From Acidimicrobiia bacterium (GTDB taxonomy: Bacteria; Actinomycetota; Acidimicrobiia; Spongiisociales; JAHEDJ01), in NCBI GenBank assembly GCA_029210695.1, contig JARGFH010000030.1, positions 1 to 43,978 of the forward strand: a DNA stretch of 43,978 bases, read 5' to 3'. Position numbers and translations under genes: made by a program. This document shows positions 26,874 through 34,477 of the stretch, one piece after another. Each line of letters starts with the position of its first letter. Position 1 is the stretch's first letter. The notes under the pieces were generated by a model. The model was not told the DNA's origin. It searched no databases and saw nothing but the letters and a program-made list of their open reading frames with translations.

Positions 26874-26967
26874 TCCGTATTCGGCCACACCCAGTTCGGA
26901 GGGACTCGGTCCCGCCGTTTCCGCGGCGCCGTTGCGGTATCAACTCCACACCCCTAGGGTCGTCCGG

Positions 26968-27843
26968 ATGACCGACGAAAACCGAAGATCTCTCATCGGC
27001 ATCGCGGCCGCCCTCGTGATCGGGGTACTGGTCGGGTTGGCCGGCAGCGCCGGCAGCCGCAGCGTCGGTCCGATAGCCGTGTTTGCCGTGTGCGGACTAG
27101 TCGCATATGCGATCAACTGGGTGGTCTTCGTCCCCTCCAACCGGGCGAAAACCGAGCACTACTTCGACCTGACCGGTAGCGTCACCTATCTGACCGTCAC
27201 GGCCGTTGCTCTGGCGTTCAGCGGCGACCTCGACGCCCGGGCGATCATCGTTGGCGTCATGGTTTGGATATGGGCTGCACGACTGGGTTCGTTCCTGTTC
27301 CGCCGGGTTCGGCGGGACGGGCGAGACGGCCGGTTCGACCGGATCAAGACCGACCCGCTGCGGTTCTTCATGACCTGGACGTTGCAGGGCCTGTGGGTAC
27401 TGCTCACCTTGGCTGCGGCCCTGGCGATCATCACCGGCACCGAACGACAGACGATCGGATGGCTTGCCGTCGTCGGCATCGCCGTCTGGGTCGCCGGCTT
27501 CGCGGTCGAGTCCGTGGCCGATTGGCAGAAGTCAGCCTTCAAACGGAATCCGGCCAACGCCGGCCGCTTCATCACTTCCGGATTGTGGGCATGGTCGCGT
27601 CATCCGAATTACTTCGGAGAGATCGTGCTCTGGACGGGCATAGCAATCATGGCCCTCCCGGTCCTTTCCGGTTGGCGGTGGATCACCTTGATCTCGCCGT
27701 TATTCGTTGTGCTTCTGCTGACCCGTGTGAGCGGGATCCCGATGCTCGAGACCCGGGCCGAGAAGCGCTGGGGCGACGAAGCGGAGTACCAGGAGTACAC
27801 AAGCCGGACACCCGTCTTGATTCCCCGGCCACCGCGTAACTAG
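26968..27843 (+). CDS. DUF1295 / steroid 5-alpha-reductase-like membrane protein
   Basis: EHYFDLTGS, DGRFDRIK, WTLQGLWV, ESVADWQK, GLWAWSRHPNYFGEI. Confidence 0.9.
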   Translation: MTDENRRSLIGIAAALVIGVLVGLAGSAGSRSVGPIAVFAVCGLVAYAINWVVFVPSNRAKTEHYFDLTGSVTYLTVTAVALAFSGDLDARAIIVGVMVWIWAARLGSFLFRRVRRDGRDGRFDRIKTDPLRFFMTWTLQGLWVLLTLAAALAIITGTERQTIGWLAVVGIAVWVAGFAVESVADWQKSAFKRNPANAGRFITSGLWAWSRHPNYFGEIVLWTGIAIMALPVLSGWRWITLISPLFVVLLLTRVSGIPMLETRAEKRWGDEAEYQEYTSRTPVLIPRPPRN

Positions 27844-27954
27844 CAGCATCGATCCGCGGGGCCTCGGACGCCGCAGGGCTCAAGACTGCGCCCGCAGGAT
27901 CCATCTTGCGTGCCGGTGGACCCGGGTCTTCGACCATCAGCGAGCCCATTGGTA

Positions 27955-29211
27955 TCAGTGCTCGGGCCGGCCGGCGACGATGGCGGTCACATGATCTACT
28001 GCTCTTTCGACACCATTCTCCGCTCGGAGCCTTGCTGCCAGCTCCGCCGATCTGGAGCGAATGTTCTCTTGGTCCGTTGTCAGGATCGCCCGGGACAAGG
28101 ACTCGATGGTGAGCCGGCGTCTAGGCAGGCTAACTCCTACTCCGAGAGCCTCTACCCGCTCTCCCCAGAAGAACTGGTCGGCGAACGACGGCACCACGAC
28201 TGATGGGGTCCCCGACTGAAGAGCCGTGCCGGTGGTGCCTGCGCCGCCGTGGTGCACAACTGCCGCCATCTGGGGAAACAACCAATCGTGCGGAACATCG
28301 TCGACCACGAGCACGTCGTCACTCGAATCCGCCACCTTGAGTCCTCCCCATCCGGTCAATAGGACCGCCCGCTTGCCCGTCCGCCTGACCGCGGCCAGCA
28401 CCACGCCGGTGAGTACTTCCGGCTCCCGCTCGGGGCGGCTGCCGAATCCGACATATACGGGCGCCGGACCATCGGCCAGAAACCGGGTGAGGGCTTCCGA
28501 CGGCCGCCAAGTCCTGGGACGTTCACGGACCCAGTAGCCGGTCACCTTGATTTGGTCCGGCCAGTCCGAAGGTGGCGTCACCACCGCCGGCGAGAATCCG
28601 TAGAGAACCGGCATCGATTTGTAGATGGACCGGTAGAGACCCGACCGCGGAAGCGGACCCAAGCCTAATCCCGCTCGCCAGCGATTGACCGACCGCCGGA
28701 CCGGCTGCCAGGTGATCTGCTCCACGGCGACGTGGGACCACAGATTGAGAAGCCCGGACCCACTCCGCTTCATGAACAGGCTGGGAAACTGGCGGGTGCG
28801 GGTCATGGGCTGCAGGTAGGCGCCGATCGCCGGGATGCGGGCTGCCTCGGCGAGGTGGTAGGCCGGGAAGGCGAGAACGGAAAACAAAACCGCGTCGGTG
28901 CCTGCCATGGCGGCCTCGCAATCCTTCAGGTATTGATGAAAGATTGGTCCTGAAAGATCCAAGAGACGCTGCATGATTCGAACGGGGTTCCGTCCGCTGG
29001 CGAGCCACCTCTTGCCCGGCTCCGCTTCCATCATGAGGCGGGGATCTCCACCGGCAGGGCTGAACTCCATACCCGCCTCCCGGATCTCCGGCTCGTAACG
29101 CTCGTGGGTAGACAGCCGCACGGTGTTTCCCACCGCAACGAGTCCATGGCCGAGTGCAATGTACGGCTCGATGTCACCCCTCGACCCGACCGTGAACAGA
29201 GTCATGTGCAC
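27955..29211 (-). CDS. GT1/GT28-type glycosyltransferase (sterol glucosyltransferase-like)
   Basis: GSRGDIEPY, PVYVGFGS, VPHDWLF, HHGGAGTT, DQFFWG. Confidence 0.9.
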   Translation of the reverse strand: MHMTLFTVGSRGDIEPYIALGHGLVAVGNTVRLSTHERYEPEIREAGMEFSPAGGDPRLMMEAEPGKRWLASGRNPVRIMQRLLDLSGPIFHQYLKDCEAAMAGTDAVLFSVLAFPAYHLAEAARIPAIGAYLQPMTRTRQFPSLFMKRSGSGLLNLWSHVAVEQITWQPVRRSVNRWRAGLGLGPLPRSGLYRSIYKSMPVLYGFSPAVVTPPSDWPDQIKVTGYWVRERPRTWRPSEALTRFLADGPAPVYVGFGSRPEREPEVLTGVVLAAVRRTGKRAVLLTGWGGLKVADSSDDVLVVDDVPHDWLFPQMAAVVHHGGAGTTGTALQSGTPSVVVPSFADQFFWGERVEALGVGVSLPRRRLTIESLSRAILTTDQENIRSRSAELAARLRAENGVERAVDHVTAIVAGRPEH

Positions 29212-29329
29212 GAGACCATGGTCTCGCATGTGGAGGCCAAGAACAAGCGATGGTTGCTCCCCGCACCCGTGGACCTATAGGATCGGATCGCCCCGATCCG
29301 ACATGCCTTCACGACTAAGGGAGTCAGCT

Positions 29330-29938
29330 ATGACCCGAGTTGTCCTCTTCCATCACGCGCAGGGGCTGACGCCCGGTGTGGAGGCGTTTGCCGATAATCT
29401 TCGGGCTGCCGGTCACGAAGTGCACACCCCGGACCTGTTCGACGGCGAAACCTTCGACTCCATTCAGGCCGGCATGGCCCATGTCGGAACGATTGGGTTC
29501 GGGGAGATCATGCAACGCGGCGCTCGTGCAGCCGATGCCCTCGGCGGCCACCTCGTGTACGCGGGGTTCTCGCTGGGTGTGGTGCCGGCCCAGATGCTTG
29601 CCCAGACCCGTCGCGGGGCGCTGGGCGCGGTGCTTTGTTATTCGTGCGTGCCCGTCTCGGAGTTCGGTGAGTCGTGGCCCGCCGACGTTCCGGTGCAGAT
29701 CCACGGGATGGACGCCGACCCCTTCTTCGTAGACGAGGGTGACATCGACGCCGCCCGTGCCATCGTCGAGTCCTCCCCCCGCGCCGAGTTGTTCCTGTAT
29801 CCGGGTGATCAGCACTACTTCGCCGATAACTCGTTGCCCTCCTACGACGCGGAAGCAACCGAGCTGTTATTGCGGCGGGTCATCAGCTTCCTGGCGGGAC
29901 TGTCCGACGCACCGGCGGACGCCCCGGCCAAACCGTGA
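29330..29938 (+). CDS. Dienelactone hydrolase family (alpha/beta hydrolase)
   Basis: LFHHAQG, PDLFDG, GFSLG nucleophile elbow, YPGDQHYF. Confidence 0.9.
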   Translation: MTRVVLFHHAQGLTPGVEAFADNLRAAGHEVHTPDLFDGETFDSIQAGMAHVGTIGFGEIMQRGARAADALGGHLVYAGFSLGVVPAQMLAQTRRGALGAVLCYSCVPVSEFGESWPADVPVQIHGMDADPFFVDEGDIDAARAIVESSPRAELFLYPGDQHYFADNSLPSYDAEATELLLRRVISFLAGLSDAPADAPAKP

Positions 29939-30066
29939 CATCTATCCAGGTCACATGCCGGCCGTTTGACGCCATTGTGAACCCGAGATGGGTGTGGACC
30001 GAGCTTGCACCGGACACGAACCGGACACCCGGCATCATGACCGGCGGCCATTTGCCCGGCCCTCGG

Positions 30067-30411
30067 CTACTCCTCCAGCATGGCAAGGCGGATCGCAACC
30101 AGGCGGCGAACGAGAACCTCATCCGGTGCCCGGTCCACCGGGAACCGCAAGGTGCCTTTGGACCAGTCGTAGCCCTCGAGTAGCTCCGGCTCGACGCGTG
30201 GGATGACAGAGCCGGAGTGGGGGAAGTAGCTGCAGTGGCGTTTGGCATGGGCGTAGCCGACCACAGCCTTTCCGCCGACTTTGAAGGCAGGGACACCGTA
30301 CGACATGCCTTCTTCTGCCTCCGGAAGGATCGACGTCAACATCGCACGAAGGCGGTTCAGCGTGCTTCGCTGAGGTTCGGGTGCTGCATCGAGGTACTCG
30401 TCCACGGTCAT
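30067..30411 (-). CDS. DUF1801 (YdhG-like) protein
   Basis: TVDEYL...LR...PEAEEGMSYGVPAF...HCSYFP...SKGTLRF. Confidence 0.88.
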   Translation of the reverse strand: MTVDEYLDAAPEPQRSTLNRLRAMLTSILPEAEEGMSYGVPAFKVGGKAVVGYAHAKRHCSYFPHSGSVIPRVEPELLEGYDWSKGTLRFPVDRAPDEVLVRRLVAIRLAMLEE

Positions 30412-30516
30412 GGCGAGAATCTACATCGTTTGCTGAACCGACTACCAGGGAATCGGCCCCACGCACGCCGGCAGGTCGCCGAGTGGTCCCGTGCCGGAGG
30501 TGGCATCATTGCGGTC

Positions 30517-31479
30517 ATGGACAATCCGGACACCCTCGCGGACGGCGTAATTGATTGGCTGCTCCACGGGGATTCAGCCATCCGCTGGCAGGTCATGCGT
30601 GATCTTCAGGACGCGTCTCCCGAAGATGTAGCGGCCGAGCAGGCGCGGGTCGAGCACGACGGCTGGGGTTCCCGCCTTCTCGCGCTCGAGGGTCCCGATG
30701 GACTCTGGGACGGGGGTGCCTGCTTCCCGAAGTCCTACACCGGCGGTGAACCGGGGCAACCCTGGACGGCCACGATGCACACGCTGCAGACGCTACAGCT
30801 CCTCGGGCTCGACCCGGCCTCGGGGTCCGCACGCCGGGCGATGGCGCTGGTCGCGGAGAACGGGCACTGGGAGCACGCCGGGCAGAGATATTTCGACGGT
30901 GAGGTCGAGCCGTGCATCAACGGCCGGACGATCGAGACGGGGGCCCATTTCGGGGTAGATGTCGCACCGATCGTCGAGCGGATCCTCGGCGAGCGGCTGG
31001 ACGATGGTGGCTGGAACTGCGAGGTCGAGAACGGTTCGGTGCGCTCCTCTTTCGACACGACGATCAACGTGCTCGACGGGCTCCTCGAGTTCGAGCGCGC
31101 GACCGGTGAATCTCCCGAGGTGAGCGCCGCCCGGCGCGGCGGTGAGGAGTACCTGCTCGAGCGCGGCCTTTTCCGCCGCAAGAGCAACGGCGAGGTCGCC
31201 GACCCGGCGTATCTCGAGTTCGCGTTCCCCTACTACTGGCACTACGACGTGCTGCGTGCACTCGACTATTTCCGTTGGTCGGGCACGGACCCGGATCCCC
31301 GGATGGCCGAGGCTGTGGAGGTCGTGCGATCGAAGCGGCAGCCCGACGGCCGGTGGCTGCTCGACCGCATCCACCCGGGCCGCGTCCACTTCGACCTCGA
31401 GGGTGGAGTTGGGACGCCGAGCCGCTGGATCACCCTGCGTGCCCTCCGGGTGCTCGACTGGTGGGACGGCTCCGCGTGA
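30517..31479 (+). CDS. Prenyltransferase/squalene-cyclase-repeat protein
   Basis: WLLHGDSAIRWQ, EVEPCING, DGGWNCE, FPYYWHYDVLRALDY, SRWITLRALRVL. Confidence 0.82.
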   Translation: MDNPDTLADGVIDWLLHGDSAIRWQVMRDLQDASPEDVAAEQARVEHDGWGSRLLALEGPDGLWDGGACFPKSYTGGEPGQPWTATMHTLQTLQLLGLDPASGSARRAMALVAENGHWEHAGQRYFDGEVEPCINGRTIETGAHFGVDVAPIVERILGERLDDGGWNCEVENGSVRSSFDTTINVLDGLLEFERATGESPEVSAARRGGEEYLLERGLFRRKSNGEVADPAYLEFAFPYYWHYDVLRALDYFRWSGTDPDPRMAEAVEVVRSKRQPDGRWLLDRIHPGRVHFDLEGGVGTPSRWITLRALRVLDWWDGSA

Positions 31480-31522
31480 CGGGCGAGGCGAGTTCGCAGT
31501 CGGCACACGGGCGACCTGCACG

Positions 31523-32077
31523 GTGACGCCCTACGTGGCTCTGCTGCGGGGCGTGAACGTGGGCGGTGGAAACCGGCTGCCGATGGAGGGCCTCCGTGCG
31601 ACGGCTGAGCACCTCGGCTTCACGAACGTCGCCACCTGCCTCCAAAGCGGTAACCTGCTGTTCTCCAGTCCCGACGACGAGTCCGAGATCGTGGCACGTT
31701 TGCGAGCGGCGCTGAGCGAGCGGCACGACCTCACCGTTCCGGTGGTGGTCCGATCGGCAGCCGAGTTCCTGGCCGTGGTCGAGCGCCATCCCGATCACGC
31801 CGGCGCGTTACCCCCCAAGCTGCTTCATGTTGCGTTCCTCGACCAAGCCCCGGAGGTCGACGCGGTGGATGCATTCGACGCCGAGCAGTTCGCTCCCGAC
31901 CGTTGGCATCTTGACGGGCGTGAGCTGTACCTCACCTACCCGGACGGGTCGGCACGATCAAAGATGACCATCGATGCCTTCGAGCGACGTTGGAACCTGA
32001 TTGCAACAGCACGCAACCTCAACACCGTTCGCCGAATCGCGGACCTGCTCACCGCTTCGTCAAGTCGGAGTGACTAG
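31523..32077 (+). CDS. DUF1697 protein
   Basis: YVALLRGVNVGG, QSGNLLF, TARNLNTV. Confidence 0.9.
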   Translation: MTPYVALLRGVNVGGGNRLPMEGLRATAEHLGFTNVATCLQSGNLLFSSPDDESEIVARLRAALSERHDLTVPVVVRSAAEFLAVVERHPDHAGALPPKLLHVAFLDQAPEVDAVDAFDAEQFAPDRWHLDGRELYLTYPDGSARSKMTIDAFERRWNLIATARNLNTVRRIADLLTASSSRSD

Positions 32078-32346
32078 GCGTCGACGATCCCGACCTGTGA
32101 CGCACATCCCCCTGCGGCCACGCTTGGCCCTCATTCGGTGACGCCGTACAAGCGGAGCATCTCCGTCATCCAGCATTGCGCCCGCTCCGTACCTTCACTG
32201 CAGACCAAAGAAGCCCCTAAGTCCTCGAGAATCGAAGCCGCCGGGCCGCACCCTCCGTCCCCGAACACGCACGGAGTCCGTTGGCCATGATCGATCGAGG
32301 ATTGAGGTTTTCTGGGTATTGACAAACCTTCTCTTGACAGTGATTC

Positions 32347-32604
32347 ATGCCGCTCACGATATCAATCGCCGCCTACTTCGTTGTCGCCGCCACCCTATGG
32401 GTGGTCGGGCGTCATATCGGACGCGCTTCGAGCGCAGTTGCCGCCGTTCCCTACATAGGGCAGCTCGCGCTGGTTGCTGCGCATTACCTGGGTGATCGTT
32501 CGGGTTTTGACGAGCGCTTCGACTGGATTGCGTCTCTTGGCGTGAGCTTCGGTCTCCGATCCAATGACCTAACCATGGTCCTCACTGCGATTGTCGCCGG
32601 GGTC
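32347..32604 (+). pseudogene. mrpA: MrpA/MnhA (Na+/H+ antiporter subunit A) N-terminal fragment
   Basis: Two TM helices, then FDWIASLGVSFGLRSNDLTMVLTAIVAGV, which resembles the MrpA W.PSLG..L..R.DGL motif. Similarity ends at about aa 86. Confidence 0.6.
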
Positions 32605-32609
32605 TGGCT

Positions 32610-32940
32610 ACCGGTTGGCCCCGTGCGATCCTCCACCCCGTTGCGGCTTGGAGGTTCCTCTTGTACTTCACCGGTCGGCTGATCGTTTCTACATGGGACG
32701 TCATCTGATCGCTGCGGTTGGGACGAGATGAAATCATGCCGGCGATCATCGAGGTGCCGCTGCGGGCGAGGACGCGAAACCAGCTGACCCTGCTGATGAA
32801 CTCGATCTCATTCACCCCGGGTACCGTGGCCCTGGAGCTCCACGACAATCACCTGATCGTGCACGTGCTCAACACAGACGACCCGGGCGAGGTGGCGGCA
32901 GAGATCCGGACGATGGAGTCGAAGATCATGGCGGTGTTGT
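32610..32940 (+). pseudogene. mrpE: MrpE/MnhE fragment with an internal stop
   Basis: HPVAAWRFLLYFTGRLIVSTWDVI*(TGA 32706)...PAIIEVPL...NSISFTPGTVALE...LIVHVL. Confidence 0.72.
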
Positions 32941-33028
32941 CACGGGCCGAATTTGAAGACGCGACCCAAGAGAACGTCTGGCGGCGCTGGCGCCTGGTCG
33001 ACCGACGCTATCTCATCCCGGCCTGGGC

Positions 33029-33634
33029 TCACCCGCCGCCCGAGATCCATCCGCGCACGTCGGATACTCCCGCCCGGCCGCAGGAGCCGCCGAAGTAGTA
33101 GTGGAATTCGAGGCCCTCGAAGGCGCCCTCACCGACGTAGCGGGCCTCGCCGGAGGGTATGGAGTCATCCGCCGCCTGGACATAACCACGCCAAGTACCT
33201 TCGGCATTGGTGATGACGGCCTCCTCCGCCACCCATACGTCGCCAACCTCCCCTCCGTCAAAGAAACGGAGACGATCGTGTCGTTCGGTCCCGCTGACCC
33301 GCGGGTCGGACATGTCGAGTTCGCACACAACGAGGAAACCGGTTCCTCCCTCCGGATTGACCCCCTCGTCCGAGAATTCGCATGTCGCCGTACCCGAGAC
33401 CACCACTGCGTCGGAAGGTATCGCATGGAAGGGGGCTGATTCCGTTGTCAACGACTCCGATCCGCCTGTCGTTGCCACCGTCGTCGAGGACACCGGAACA
33501 GCTGTCGTTGCCACCGTCGTCGAGGGCACCGGGGCGACTGTCGTGGTCGTTGACTCGGATGAGGACGACCCGCAGGCGGCCACCAGGCACGCGGCGAACG
33601 CGGCACCGATGAATCTTGTCGTCGTCAACCTCAT
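33029..33634 (-). CDS. Lipoprotein of unknown function
   Basis: Lipobox LVAAC, Ser/Thr linker, beta-rich domain. GGAAGG RBS. Confidence 0.78.
   Translation of the reverse strand: MRLTTTRFIGAAFAACLVAACGSSSSESTTTTVAPVPSTTVATTAVPVSSTTVATTGGSESLTTESAPFHAIPSDAVVVSGTATCEFSDEGVNPEGGTGFLVVCELDMSDPRVSGTERHDRLRFFDGGEVGDVWVAEEAVITNAEGTWRGYVQAADDSIPSGEARYVGEGAFEGLEFHYYFGGSCGRAGVSDVRGWISGGG
33466..33532. repeat. Two-copy 36-bp-period repeat in the lipoprotein linker
   Basis: CTGTCGTTGCCACCGTCGTCGAGG(A/G)CACCGG at 33466 and 33502, encoding PVxSTTVATT. Confidence 0.8.
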
Positions 33635-33724
33635 TACCTTCCCCTTCTCAAGAATTCAGCTCTTCCACGTCGCCTTGCGATGAAGCCGTGTCGCTCTTCC
33701 TTTCGTCCAGGTGTGGGTCGCCGG

Positions 33725-34477
33725 TCACCGCACCGTCCAAATCTTGACGGTCCCGTCGTCGCTGGCGGTGGCGATGCGGGTACCGTCGGGGCTCCACGCC
33801 ACGTCCGTTACCTCATCGGTGTGGCCGGTGAGCGTGGCCAGTTCGTCGCCCGAGCCCGCATCCCAGATCCTGGCGGTCCCGTCGCTGCCGGCGGTGGCGA
33901 TCCGGTTGCCCTCGGGGCTCCACGCCACCACCCACACTTTTCCGGTGTGGCCGATGAGGGTGACCAACCCGTCGCCGGTGTTGGCGTCCCAGACCTTGGC
34001 GATCTTCCCATCGCGGCCGGCGGTGGCGATCCGGGTGCCGTCGGGACTCCACGCCAAGTCCGTCACCTTTAGGAGGCTCGGGATCGTGAGCAGTTCGTCG
34101 CCGGTGGTGGCGTCCCAGACCCTGACGCTCGTCCTGCAGGTGGTGGCGAGGCGGGTGCCGTCGGGGCTCCACGCCGCCTCCCACACCCATGAAGTGGGTC
34201 CAGGGCAGAGGGACAGTGTGAACTGTTCCTCACCGGTGGTGGCGTCGAGCACCGCTGCCCACCCCCAGGCACCGCCGACGACGATGCGGGTGCCGTCGGG
34301 GCTGTAGGCCACGGTCCCATCGCTAATCCAGCCGAGGAGTTCGTCGCCGGTGGCGGCGTCGTAGACCGCTGATCCCGGCCCCACGATCGCCAGGCGGGTG
34401 CCGTCGGGGCTGTAGTCCATTGCCACCCTCACGGTTTCGAAGTTCCCCAGGCTAAAGGAGAGCAGTTCGTCGCCGGT
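33725..34477 (-). repeat. Six WD40 repeats with conserved DNA cores
   Basis: GGGTGCCGTCGGGGCT-like cores at 33778, 33904, 34033, 34153, 34288 and 34396 (spacings 126, 129, 120, 135, 108; all in frame). Confidence 0.88.

Noticed and set aside
30517..31479. True squalene-hopene cyclase or a sterol pathway with the GT1 and DUF1295 genes
   Set aside because: The protein is half the size of SHC and lacks DXDD. The genes are in mixed orientations and are common stand-alone families.
32131..32325. 64-aa Cys-containing minus-strand ORF and two TTGACA hexamers at about 32319-32340
   Set aside because: TTG start with no recognisable motif. No properly spaced -10 box is evident for the hexamers.
33725..34477. 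Regularly spaced repeats as a CRISPR array
   Set aside because: The repeats are in-frame coding WD40 units with 108-135 bp periods. No cas genes are present.
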